A DNA stretch of 64,000 nt from Bryobacterales bacterium (GCA_963795935.1 CAWCJO010000023.1:33688-97687); one strand, 5' to 3'; shown: positions 30,404-42,000, numbered from the stretch's first letter. Numbers and translations: made by a program. Notes: a model not told the origin generated them from the letters alone.

Positions 30404-33400
30404 ATGGACGAAGAACGGCAGGAACGAATTCGCTATTACGCCTTTGCCGCCGTGGTCGGCATTTTGCTGGCCCTGAACGGCCTCGGAATCTTCCGGACTT
30501 TTTTGGGGATCGACACGGCGGTGTTCATTACGCTGCTGGCCGGTTACAAGACTTTCTACAACTCGATTTCGGCATTGTTGGAGAAGCGCATCTCGGCGGA
30601 TATCGCGTTGTGCGTCGCGGTGATCGCGGCGCTGGCGGTGGGCCAGTATCTTGCCGCCGCGGAAGCGATGTTCATCGTGCTGGTGGGGGAAGGCCTGGAA
30701 TCGTATGCGGCGGGCCGGACCGCGGCCGCGATCGAGCGATTCGTGCAGCAATTGCCGCGCACCGCGCGCGTGTTGCGGGAGGGGCGCGAGGAAGAAGTAG
30801 ACGCCGAATCGCTGGCGCGTGGACGATCTGATCCTGGTGCGCGCGGGTGAAAGGATCGCCGCCGACGGCGTGGTTCAGGACGGTTTCTCGGCGGTGGATG
30901 AAAGCTCCATCACGGGCGAGCCATTGCCGCGGGAGAAGCAGCCGGGCGACGAGGTATTTTCCGGGGCATTGAACGGCGCGGGGCTGCTGCGCGTGCGCGT
31001 TTCGCGCGCCGGGTCGGATACAACTCTGGCGCGCGTGATCAAGCTGGTCGAAGAAGCGCAGCAAAAGCGCGCGCCGGTGGAACGCCTGGCGGATAGAGTG
31101 GCGAAGTACTTCCTTCCGGCGTTGTTGCTGGCGGGCGCGTTGACGTTTTACTTCACGCACGACTGGCTGCGAACGGTTTCGGTCCTGATCGTGGCTTGTC
31201 CCTGCGCGCTGATTTTGGCCACGCCTACCGCGATGGTGGCGGCAATCGGAGGTCTGGCGCGGCGGGGCATTCTGGTGCGCGGCGCGGCGGTGCTGCAGAG
31301 GGCGGCGCGCGTCGGCACGATGGTCTTCGATAAGACCGGAACCATCACGGAAGGACAATTCGAGGTTGTCGCCGTTATTGCTCTGGACCGGACAGAGGAC
31401 GAGCTGCTGGCGCTGGCGGCGGGAGCGGAGCGTGCTTCGGATCACGCCTTGGCGCGCGTGATCGTGGAGGAAGCGGAGCGGCGGGGCATCGCCTCTTCGG
31501 CGCCTGACAGCGCGCAGGCGCTCCCGGGGCGCGGCGTGGAGTGCGCCTTCGGCGGGCGTACGGTGCGGGTGGGCAATGCGGGATTTTTAGAGCAGGCGGG
31601 CATTCGTAATACGGCGGCGCTGCTCGAGGAAGCGGACCGGCTCGGCGCCTCCGCCGTGCTGGTATCGGATGGCGATCGCCTGGCGGGCGGGATCCTGCTT
31701 CGCGACCGGCTGCGCGACGGAGTGCGTGCAGCGATGGCGGGCTTCGACGAGCTTGGCATTACGCGCAAGTTCATGCTGACCGGAGATAGGCGGCGCGCGG
31801 CGGAAGCGATCGCGCGGGAAGCGGGAATTTCCGAACTCGAAGCGGAGCTGTTGCCGGAACAGAAGGTGGAGCGCATTCGGGCGTTGATGTCGCAGGGCGC
31901 GGTCGCGATGGCCGGAGATGGGATCAACGATGCGCCGGCGCTGGCGAGCGCAAGCGTTGGAATCGCGGTGTCGGGCGCAAGCGATATTACGGCCGAAGCC
32001 GCGGACGTAGTCTACCTGCCGCGAAGTTTGGAGAAGCTTCCGAAATTTTTCGAGGTTAGCCGGCGCGCGGTCTCGACGGCCTGGCAGAACATTATTCTTT
32101 TCGCCGGGGTCGTGAATGTGGGCGCCGTGATTTGCGCCGCGACGGGCGTGATCGGACCGATCGGGGCGGCGCTGACGCACCAGCTTTCCTCGTTTCTGGT
32201 GATGTTGAACTCGCTGCGGCTGCTGCGGGTGGAGCGGTCCGAGTCGCGCGTGGCGCGCTATGCGACTTCTCTGGCAGCGAGGTTGGCGTCGCGCACGGCG
32301 CTTCCACAAGCGTGGGACCGGCTGCGAAATGTCACGGGGCGCATCGATATTTCCGCGGGCATTGATTGGCTGACGGCGCACCGTCAATCGCTCGCGCGCC
32401 CGGCGCTTGCGGCGGTGGCGTTGCTGGCTATATTGAACGGCGCTTACATCATCCGGCCCGACGAGGTCGGCATTGTGCAGCGCTTTGGCCGCAAGCTGCT
32501 GCCTTATAGCGAGCCGGGGCTGCATTACAAGCTGCCGTGGCCGGTGGAGCGATTGACGCGCATACAATCGCGGCGCGTGCGGCGGCTGGAGATCGGGTTC
32601 CGCTCGAATTCAACATCGCCCGAGGCCGAGCCGGCGGCATACGAATGGAACGTTCAGCACGCCGCTGGACGGTTTCAACGCCGGCCGGAAGAAGCATTGA
32701 TGCTGACCGGCGATCAGAACATGATCGAGCTGAATGCCACGATTCACTACGATCTGCCGCATCCGGACGATTTCCTATTTCGTCAATTCGATGCGGAGGG
32801 AAGTCTGCGCGCGGCGGCCGAATCCGCCATCGAATCCGTCATTACGGTGACGGGGCTTGATGCCGTCCTGACATCCGGAAGGAGAGCAATTGAGGAGAAG
32901 GCGCGCCGCGAACTGCAGAAGCGGCTGGACCGTTATGGATGCGGGATTCGGGTTCGGAGCTTGCGGCTGGAAGACGTGCATCCGTCGGTCGAAGTAGTGG
33001 ACGCGTTTCGCGACGTCTCCGGAGCGTACGAAGAGAAGAACCGGTTGATCAACGAAGCGGAAGGTTATCGCAACGAGCAGATCGCGCTGGCGCGCGGCAA
33101 TGCGAAGGCGCGCATTGCGAACGCGAACGCGTACACCGACGGGCCGCGTGAACCGGGCGGAGGGCGATGCGAGCCGTTTTGAGCAGCGCGAGGCCGCATT
33201 CCGGGCGACCCCCGGGCCGGCCGAGACGCGGCTCTATTTCGAAACGATCGACCAGGTGCTTCCGGGGAAGAGGAAATTGATCGTCGATCACACCAAGTCG
33301 GCGCGCCGTCTGTTTCTTCTTGAAGACGGCGCGGTGCTGGGCGGCACGCCGGCGGGTCCACTGTTCGCTCCCCCGGCGCAGGGCGCAAGAATACCAGAAG

Positions 33401-33405
33401 AGTAA
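30404..33405 (+). CDS. P1B-type heavy-metal-translocating ATPase continuing in frame into an HflK-like SPFH/band-7 domain. Two +1 frameshifts (near 30815-30825 and 33140-33150) break the reading frame.
   Basis: ATPase motifs: ITGEPLP, TM6 CPC (VACPCALILATP), DKTGTIT, GDGINDAPAL, final TMs ...LNSLRLL. There is no stop after them. The frame continues through a TM helix (ALAAVALLAILNGAYII) into IVQRFGRKLLPYSEPGLHYKLPWPVE...DQNMIEL...EAEGYRNEQIALARGNAKARIA (HflK). After a frameshift it continues as AEGDASRFEQREAAFRATPGPAETRLYFETIDQVLPGKRKLIVD. Confidence 0.6.
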
Positions 33406-33416
33406 TAGAAACTTCA

Positions 33417-34304
33417 ATGCATCACATTCACCGGAAGTACGTTGCAGGCGCGGCAATCGCGGCGGGTCTGCTTTGCTATCTCACCTTTTTCACCGTGAAG
33501 GAGACCGAATTCGTTCTCGTGACGCAATTCGGACGGCCGCTCTACACGGTTGCGTCCGCGGGATTGCACGTCAAGTGGCCGTTCCAAAGCGCGACGCGCT
33601 TCGACCGGCGGCTGCGCATCTACAATCCGAGGCCGTCGGAGTTTTTGACGCGCGATAAAAAGAACGTCGTCATCGACAATTACGTGGCCTGGAAAATACA
33701 AGATCCGAACCGCTTCGTGCAAACCGTGGGCGATCCGGTGGCGGCCGAGATGCGCCTGCACGACATTGTCTGGTCGGGGCTTTCAGCGGCGCTCGGAACC
33801 CACGATCTGGATTCGCTCGTCTCGGCGGATGAATCCAAAGTTCAAGCCGGCAATCTTCTGGACCAACTCACGTCCAATACGGACCGCGCGGCGCTGGAGC
33901 AATACGGCATCGACGTGGTTGACGTTCGCATCAAGCGTCTGAATCTGCCGGAACAGAACAAACAGAGCGTATACGCGCGCATGCGGGCTGAGCGCGAACG
34001 AATTGCGCGGCAATACCGGGCTGAAGGCGAAGAACAGGCGCTCGCGATCCGGGCGGACGCGGACCGCCAGAAAGAAGAAATTTTGTCGGTCGCTTATAAG
34101 CAGGCGGAAACAGTTCGCGGGCAGGGCGATGCGGATTCCACGCGAATTTATGGCCAGGCGTATTCGAAAAACCCGCGGCTGTATAAACTTCTTCGCACGC
34201 TGGAGTCTTATAAGAAGATATTCGACGATAAGACGACCGCGATTTTGAGCTCCGATTCCGAATTGCTGAAGGTGCTGATCCACGGCGAGGCCGGCGTGAA
34301 ATGA
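33417..34304 (+). CDS. hflC: HflC-like SPFH/band-7 membrane protein
   Basis: N-terminal TM helix, VKETEFVLVTQFGRP, an SPFH core and a C-terminal coiled region with ERIARQYRAEGEEQA. ~295 aa, as for HflC. Confidence 0.75.
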   Translation: MHHIHRKYVAGAAIAAGLLCYLTFFTVKETEFVLVTQFGRPLYTVASAGLHVKWPFQSATRFDRRLRIYNPRPSEFLTRDKKNVVIDNYVAWKIQDPNRFVQTVGDPVAAEMRLHDIVWSGLSAALGTHDLDSLVSADESKVQAGNLLDQLTSNTDRAALEQYGIDVVDVRIKRLNLPEQNKQSVYARMRAERERIARQYRAEGEEQALAIRADADRQKEEILSVAYKQAETVRGQGDADSTRIYGQAYSKNPRLYKLLRTLESYKKIFDDKTTAILSSDSELLKVLIHGEAGVK

Positions 34305-35287
34305 GCTCGCTGCTTATCGAGCCGGCAACGGCCGAACCGCAACCGCGCTTCGTGGAAGCGGCGCCAAGCGCTCCTCCACGGCGGCGGCGGCGCGTGGGCG
34401 AGATTCTGGTCGTCCTCTGGGCGATTTCAGGCGTGTATCTTGTCCGTCCCGATCAACAGGCGGTTGTGACGCGATTTGGCGCCGTGGTGGAGTCGCGGGT
34501 CTATCCCGGTTTGCATTACGCGCTGCCGTGGCCGCTGGACCGCGTGTACAAAGTGAAGGTGCACCAGACGCAGCGCCTCGCGATCGGCGGCGATGTGGCG
34601 GATGCGGTGCTCGGGCGCACGCAGCCGCTCGCTTCTCAGTTTCTGACGGGCGATCAGAACATTATCAACATGCGGGTAGTCGTGCAATATTCGGTTGCCG
34701 TGCCGGTGGACTATCTTTTTTCCACTCTCGATGTCGCGAAATGCGCCGGTGCGGCGGTGGAAGCGGAACTCGCGCGGCGCCTGGCGCACGGTAGCGTGGA
34801 TGCCGTGCTTACGACCGAAAAGTTGGCGATCCAGGACGAGGCTCTCTCGACGGCGCAGAAACGTCTGAACCAGTACCGGACGGGCGTGAAGCTTTCGACC
34901 GTCAATATTGAAAGCGTCGCTCCACCGCCCGAAGCGGCGGACGCATTTCGGGATGTCGCCAGCGCGCGCGCCGATACCGCGCGGATTGTCGATGAAGCGC
35001 AGGGTTACGCGAACGATCTCATTCCCCGGGCGCGCGGCGAGGCGAAGCAACTGACGGAAGCGGCCGAAGCGTACAGGGCGTCCAAAGTGAACGAGGCGGC
35101 CGGCGAGGCGGCGCGGTTCACGGCGGTTGCGGCGGAGTATTCGAAGGCTGCCGATGTCACCGGGAAGCGGCTATATATCGAAGCGATGGAGCAGATTCTT
35201 CCGAAGATCCGCAAAATGATTGTCGATCCGAACGGGAACCTGGATCTCTCGATTATCCGCAAAGGCGAAGCAGCCCCGAAGCCGTGA
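34301..35287 (+). CDS. hflK: HflK-like SPFH/band-7 membrane protein (second HflK copy, intact)
   Basis: Pro/Arg-rich N-terminus, TM helix, VRPDQQAVVTRFGAV...PGLHYALPWPL, LTGDQNIINM, and a C-terminal EAQGYANDLIPRARGEAKQL...AEYSKAADVTGKRLYIEAMEQILPKIRKMIVD. Confidence 0.75.
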   Translation: MSSLLIEPATAEPQPRFVEAAPSAPPRRRRRVGEILVVLWAISGVYLVRPDQQAVVTRFGAVVESRVYPGLHYALPWPLDRVYKVKVHQTQRLAIGGDVADAVLGRTQPLASQFLTGDQNIINMRVVVQYSVAVPVDYLFSTLDVAKCAGAAVEAELARRLAHGSVDAVLTTEKLAIQDEALSTAQKRLNQYRTGVKLSTVNIESVAPPPEAADAFRDVASARADTARIVDEAQGYANDLIPRARGEAKQLTEAAEAYRASKVNEAAGEAARFTAVAAEYSKAADVTGKRLYIEAMEQILPKIRKMIVDPNGNLDLSIIRKGEAAPKP

Positions 35288-35757
35288 ATCGCGATCGAAT
35301 AGCGAAGGCGGCGACGATCGTTGTCGTGATCGTTTTGCTTGGTGCTGTGGTCATTCGCAGGAGCGGCGTGCGCCTGGCATCTCGTCCCGATCCTGCTCCG
35401 CAGGATGCCATTTACCAGATGCTCGAAGCGGCGCGCGCGGGCAACACGGCAGCGTACCTGGCGCGCTACACGGGACAGATGCGAAGCGCGCTGAACCAAA
35501 CCATCGCGGAAAAAGGGGAAGCGGGGTTCAAGAGTTACTTGCAATCGAGCAACGCGGAAATTAAGGGTCTGGCGGTTTTTGGGCCGAAGCAGGTTTCCGA
35601 TAATGAAGTTGCGGTGCGGGTGGAATATGTTTATCGGGAACGCAACGAGGTGCAGGTCTTCTATCTCGTGAAGACCGCGGGAATCTGGAAAATCTCGCGC
35701 GTGGACAATACGGAGCGGATCAAGACTCTGGTTCCGTATGGAACGCCGGTCCAGTGA
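35284..35757 (+). CDS. Hypothetical membrane-anchored protein (single TM plus ~120-aa periplasmic domain)
   Basis: TM helix ATIVVVIVLLGAVVI followed by a small globular domain. Overlaps the hflK stop by 4 bp, so it is probably part of the same operon. Confidence 0.5.
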   Translation: MNRDRIAKAATIVVVIVLLGAVVIRRSGVRLASRPDPAPQDAIYQMLEAARAGNTAAYLARYTGQMRSALNQTIAEKGEAGFKSYLQSSNAEIKGLAVFGPKQVSDNEVAVRVEYVYRERNEVQVFYLVKTAGIWKISRVDNTERIKTLVPYGTPVQ

Positions 35758-35809
35758 GCGCAAACCGCTTCTTTCGGCCGCGGCTCGGAAACGGTGCGCG
35801 GCTTAATTA

Positions 35810-35935
35810 AGAAGCGGTGTTCGGCGAATGCGCCGCGCATCGGCAAGCCGTGTTCGGGCGGAGGCAGCGCCGTTCGCACGACGGGTGTTCGGGCGAAAGC
35901 GGCACGCGTTGGCCCAAGCCGCGTTCGGGACGTCA
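35810..35935. repeat. Degenerate short tandem repeat (~17-18 bp unit, ~7 copies, core G(T/C)GTTCGG) in a convergent intergenic region
   Basis: GTGTTCGGcgaatgcgcc / gCGCATCGGcaagcc / GTGTTCGGGcggaggcagcgc / cGTTCGCacgacgg / GTGTTCGGGcgaaagcggcac / gCGTTGGCccaagcc / gCGTTCGGGacgtcagg, read directly from the sequence. Confidence 0.45.
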
Positions 35936-38838
35936 GGGTTGTTTCGCGTAGTTTACCCAGATCGGACTGGACCAGGCCAGATTGCGGTCTTTCTGCATTA
36001 CGCGGACGTAGTACCAGCTCTCTTTGCCGCCCGGGTTGCTATCGACATAGGTGAACTCGGCGCGATCGGACGTGCCTGGCGTTTGAAATACAAACGTTCC
36101 GTCTTTCACGATTTCGATCTTCTCGATATCGTCCGTGCCCTGCACCTTTATGAGGAACTGCGGCGCGGCGGAGGCGGAAAACGCATCGCCCATGAGGTAT
36201 TGGCGGCCAGCGGCATCGCGCGCCTCGAAATCGAGAACGATGTTGTCCGTAGCCCCATAGGCGTGCCGTTTGCGCATGCTCTCCACGATGTCCGCGCGAT
36301 TCGTCGTGGGCGTGTAAATCAGAGTGTACGATGAGTGCGTGGAGACGTGATCGGAGCTCGATTGCACGCCGAGCTTGTAGCCTTTGGCGAGCGCATTCCA
36401 GTACATTCCGGAGGGCTGATATTTGCCGTGAGCGGGAACGCTGTAGTTGTCGCTGTCGGCGCGCGGCGCTCCAGCATATTCGCTGCTCGCATCGTAGCCC
36501 TGATAAATCTCCACGAGAGGTTCCAGGACCGGATCGTTGTCGCGGTAATCGCTGCCCTGATCGGTGGCGAGGGAGTGCAGCATACAGATGCCGCGATTTT
36601 GTCTGAGATAGGGATACAGAATCGGCCCGGTGTGTATCGTTCCGCGCTGCTCGGCCTGGCTGATCGGCAGCGTTCTGACGCCGCGCTCGGGAAAAACGAC
36701 ATTGCGGTGGCCGTTCGGAAACGGCACGCTTCGCTCATAGCCGAACAGGGGCGTCATCCGTCCTCGAATGTGAAACAGATCGATGGATTTTTCCGTGCGC
36801 CACCAAGTGTATTCGTTATCTTGTCCCTCGTTATGATCGGAGATAATGCCCGTATCCATGGAGGCTGCGTCCAGCATGTAGCGCCAGTAGTCTTCAACCG
36901 AACCGTCGCCCGCGCCGTCTTGCGAGATTTCCGTGTGGCGGTGGAAATCGCCGCGCAGGATGCGAAGCTCATTGCCCGCAAGGTTGACGCGATAGGAACG
37001 GATGCGTTGCACGTCCTCCGGCTCATGGCGATGAATGGGTGTTTCGTTCCCGCGTGGATCCGCGAAATCGGCGAGCAACGCCGGCGGAGACGCTACCGAG
37101 CGATGGGAATCGGGGCGCCGAAAATCAGATCATTCGGGCCATTGCGGTTGACCCCGGCCGGGCCGCCCATCAGCATGGTGCGGTTATCGTTCACCCACAC
37201 CATCCAGTTGCCGGCCGCTCCCGAACGGATCTGCATGGGGCTTTCCGGGCGCGAGCTGGCCTCGGGAATGGGGGCCAGCGGAGTCCAGCGGTCGCCTTCC
37301 AAAGTAGTCAGGAAACGCTCCCAGCGTCCGCCGTTGGCCCAGTGATCGGAGCGGTTATTATTCACGGCGGTGCGAAGTTCGAGCTCGATCCAAATGCGCC
37401 CGGAAGCGTCGCTCAACACGCGCGGCAACTCCACGAAGCGGTTATAACGGCTGGGAATCGAGTCGGACAGATTGGCCGCGGGCTGCTTCCAGCGGCCGTT
37501 TTCGAGCACCGCAAGGCGCGGATGGCGATCGAAGTACAGAGTGGTGCCGCGCCACATGTCGTCGCGATTCCAGTCCTTGCCCCAGTTCGAGCCGGACTCA
37601 TCCCACGCCACCCACGCGCGATCCTGCTTGTCCACCGCAACCGTGGGATGCGCCTGAAAACGTACGGACTGCGTAACCTGATCGAGCGGTCCGAGCGTTC
37701 CATCGGAGGCGACGCGGCGCAGGAAGATATCGTAATTTCCGGTGCGATAACTATCCCAGACGACGTAGAGATTGCCTTGGGAATCGCACGCGCCCTGGGG
37801 GGCCCAGGCGCTCGGCCCGCTGATCTCGGTTGCGGTGGACCATTGATCGCCGTTCAACTTGCTCCAGTAGACGTGCGATACGCCGTCCTGATATCCGGTC
37901 CAAATCAGGTGCAGGTTTCCCGCCGCATCGGCGATCATTTGATGAAACATGTTGGGGCTATTGGCGGACGTGATCTGCCGCGGCGCCGACCAGGTCTCGC
38001 CGGAATAAACCCGCGCCCACAGGTTCCAATCCTCATTGGCGCGCTCGGACCAGACGACCCAAATACGGCCGCGGCCATCTTCGGCGATTGCGGTCCGATA
38101 CACGTCGCCTTTTTGAGTGGTGAGCCGGAATGGCACGGACCATCCGCCGGCGATCGAGTGCCGCACGTAAACGTTGTCGCCGTCGTTGCGGTAGGCTTGC
38201 CAGGCAACCCACACCGAGCCATCTTTTGACAGCGCCAGGGAGGGATAATCGTGCTGCTCGACCTCAGCGGCGGCCTGGGGCGGCGAGATCTGCTGCGGCG
38301 TCAGCGTCGGCTGCACCAGGATATCGCCGTCGTTGAAGGAAAGCCTGCGGCCGATCCGCATATCGCCAATCGCGATCGAGAAATTCGCGGATGACGTGCG
38401 GACCTGCGCCGTGGCGGAGGCGGGCGCGTCGACCGTTACGTCCACGCCGGCGGGAACGATGTTTTGCGCAACGGCTTGGCCGATGGGGGTGGGCGCATCC
38501 GGCTGGTTTTCGAAATTGATCCGGCGCAATTGGAGCTTCCAGGCAGAGCCGCCTTCGACTGCATCGGCGGGACCAAAGCGCCACGGCAAGATGCGGACCA
38601 CCGTGCCTTGGCTCAGCGTGATGCTCCCCGAGTAGTTGCCGGCAAGATCCTGTTTCTCCCCGAAGGTTATGCGGAAGGAAAGAGTGTTGGCTGAGGCAGA
38701 CTGCGGCCGCGCGCCGATGGCCTGCAGAGGCGCGGAGCGAGTTCGCTCGGTCACGACGAGCGTCGCGAACAATAGAAGAATTGAAATCGCCGCGACGCCG
38801 GACGCGGCCACTGGATGCCTCTGTGTTATTTTTCTCAT
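35933..38838 (-). CDS. Paralog B of the secreted beta-propeller + PHP-like phosphoesterase protein, split into two ORFs (37093-38838 N-terminal, 35933-37078 C-terminal) by an apparent frameshift near 37078-37095
   Basis: Same architecture as 27401-30388, with ~45% identity by eye in the C-terminal domain: GDFHRHTEISQDGAGDG...ISDHNEG...EYTWW...ERSVPFPNGHRNVVF...SDHVSTH...KRHAYGATDNI. N-terminal blades WVAWQAYRNDGDNVYVR, WVVWSE, HLIWTGY, YVVWDSYRTGNYDIFLR, WVAWDESG. Signal peptide MRKITQRHPVAASGVAAISILLLF. Confidence 0.6.
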
Positions 38839-39039
38839 CGCGCCAATCTCAATCAGCTTATTACACTCGAGACCCGGATGCGTGGCCGGGTATGCACGTA
38901 GCCTGAGACATGCAATCGGGAGCTGAGGACGCGCCGATCTTCGGCGGCAGGGGTTCTTATCGCGGCGTAATCGTCCTCGGACGGATGTATACTCTTGAGG
39001 ATCGGCGGCCAAACGGAAATTCGGATAGAGGAGCCCCTA

Positions 39040-42000
39040 TGTTGACATCGATACTGCGAGCCGGACTGATATGCATGTCATCCGGCATCATGCTGGGCCA
39101 AACCGGCGGCGAAATCACGGGCGAGGTCAAAGATCAGAGCGGCGCGATCGTCGCCGGAGTTGCCGTTACCGCTACCAATACCGAGACCAACGTGGCGCGC
39201 TCGACGGTGAGCAATAACGCGGGACTTTATAGTTTCCCCGACCTGGCGCCCGGGAAATATCAGGTGAAGGCCGTTGCAACGGGTTTCGAGACCAGCCTGG
39301 TGAATCTTGAGCTTCAGGTGCAACAGACCGCCCGCATCGATTTCAATCTCAAGTTGGGGACTGCTTCGCAGGCGGTCGAAGTCAGCGCGAACGCCGAACT
39401 GCTGAGCACCGAGAACGCGACGGTGGGCACGGTTATCGAGCAAAAGCGAATAAGCGAGCTGCCGTTGAACGGGCGAGACTTCTTCAGTCTGGTGGCGCTG
39501 AGTCCCAACGTGACCTACGGATTTACTCCCGCGCAGCAGGCCAGCAGCCGCCTGGGCGGCACGCGCTCCACCATCACCATGGCGCTGTCGGGGGCGCGCG
39601 CGACGTGGGAAAACTACACTCTTGACGGCGTCACCAACACCGACGTCGACTTCAACACCTACATCGTGCTGCCGTCGGTGGAGGCTCTGCAGGAGTTCAA
39701 AGTCCAGTCCGGAATCTATCCCGCGGAGTTCGGCCGGGAAGCGGGGCAGGTCAACGTCTCCACCAAACCAGGCACAAACACGTATCACGGGACCGCTTTC
39801 GAGTTCCTTCGCAATAACGATCTTGACGCCCGGCCTTACGACTTCAGCGCCGCTACCCGCACCGCAACCAATCCGTCTCCAAAGAGCAACCCGTACCGCC
39901 AGAATCAATTCGGTTTCACTTTGGCGGGGCCGGTCCAGATTCCAAAGCTGTTCAACGGAAAGAACCGCCTCTTCTTCATGTCGAACTTTGAAGGATTCCA
40001 TTCCCGTCAGACTCTTACGCAATTCGCCACAACAATGACGCAAGCGATGCGAAACGGAGATTTCTCCGTCATCCCGACCCCTTTGCAGGACCCGCTCACG
40101 CGCACGGGGACATACCCCAACATCGCCTCTACGCCATTCCCGGGAAACCAAATTCCGGCCAGCCGCATCGACAAAAACTCGCTGCTGCTCATGAAGTTCT
40201 TTCCACTGCCGAATCAGCCCGTCGCCACGGGGGCGCCGAATCGGAATTATGAGTATCTGGCCGATACGCCGGTCGACAAAAACCAGGTCACCGAACGCAT
40301 CGATTTCACCGAGAGCGAGAAATCGCAGTGGTTCGGCCGCTACAGTTGGACGGACGAAAGTACCCTTACTCCGGGCATCACGAGCGACGATGGGCAAACT
40401 TTGTACACCAGGGCCAGCCAGTGGGTGCTGTCAAATGTGCGGATCTTCTCGCCGACGAAAGTCAACGAGGCACGGTTTGGCTACAGCTCGCTGTTCAACA
40501 ATATCACTCAGCAGTTGGCGGGCATCGAAAATGTAGATTCCGAGATCGGCGTGCCGGTATCGATTACGGACAAGAATTCCTGGGGCATCCCCAACATCCA
40601 ACTAACCAACAATCTAACCAGCTTTGGCAACCCCACCAGCAGCCCGTTCCAAATTAACGACAAGTATTTTCAGTTCGTGGATAACTACTCCTGGATCATC
40701 GGGAAACATGCGCTGCGCATGGGCGGAGAGTACCGCTACAACCAGTTTCCGCAGCTCGGCAACGAATTTCCCCGCGGCCAGTTCTTTTTCAACGGCCAGT
40801 TCACGAACGCCATTACCCCGTCCGCGCAGACCGGCGGCTATTCGGGCGCCGACTTCCTCATGGGGGATATCCAAAACAGCATTATTGCCGTCGCGCTCGC
40901 TTCGGCCAATTTCACCAATGGCGAATGGGCGGCTTACATCGACGACACCTGGAAAGTACTGCCAAGCCTGACCATCACTGCCGGTCTGCGATGGGAGGTG
41001 GCGCAGCCGTTGCTCGACACATCCGGCAACGAGGTAGGCGTGCAGCTCAATGCGGCGCTTCCCTCGGTCCCGGATGTGACGGATCCAAGTCTTCAACCCG
41101 TTTACGTCCGGTCGGGAAGCGGCGGCTTTTATGACGGCCTCAACTTCAATTACGAGCCTTATTGGCAGTCCGTGGCGCCGAACGCCACGGGGTACCCCGC
41201 GTTGCAGGTTGCGCGCGACGGCCGCATGGGCCCACGCCTGATCGACACCAATTACAAGAACTTCGCCCCGCGGCTCGGGATTGCCTGGAGCCCCTCGAAC
41301 AAATGGGTGGTCCGCACCGGTTTCGGCATATTCTACTCGCAGGAAAGCAAGAACTCCATCTTCGATCTCAATCGCGGATTGGGAGGCCGCACGGGGCAAG
41401 TCACGCAAACTACCTATGGTCAGCCCACGATCGCTTACCAGAATTTTATCAATACTTCCGCCCTTCCGGTCACTATTCCCATCGGCCTTACTTGGGGCGC
41501 CGACCACATACTGCCGACCACCTACAGCATGCAGTACATTCTTAACATCCAGCGCACGCTTGGAAGCTCAACGACTCTGGAAGTCGGTTACAACGGCTCG
41601 GAAAGCCGCCATTTGGACGCCCTAATAAACGAAAATGCGCCCATACCCGGAACCGCCGCCGTCCTGACCCGCCTGCCCTATCCGGAATTCGCGGCTGCCG
41701 GGATACAGTTTCTGAGGGCCGACGGCGTGGGGAATTACAACGGCCTCGGCGCCAAGCTGAGCCACCGCTTCGGAAACGATCTGACGGCCTTGATCAGCTA
41801 CACCTATTCCAGATCCATCGATGACAGCAGCGCGATCCGCGGCCCCGGGAACGACTTCGTGCCTCCCAATGCGCGCTGCCGGTCGTGCGACTACGGCCCG
41901 TCCGACTTCAATATTCCGCAGCGTTTCGTTGCCTCCATCCTCTACACGCTGCCGTTCGGTAGAGGACGGCAATTTCTGGATCGTGGAGGGATCGTGAACC

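Noticed and set aside
30404-32300. ATPase as KdpB or a Ca/Mg P2-type pump
   Set aside because: The CPC motif in TM6, the short N-terminus with only ~3 TM helices before the actuator domain, and the absence of KdpB-specific loops fit a P1B heavy-metal pump. No N-terminal CxxC metal-binding domain is present, so the metal specificity is unassigned.
38839-39039. Sigma-54 promoter (TGGCCGGGTATGCAC) in the divergent paralog-B / TonB-receptor-3 region
   Set aside because: The GG-to-GC spacing is 8 rather than the required 10 nt, so it does not fit the -24/-12 consensus.
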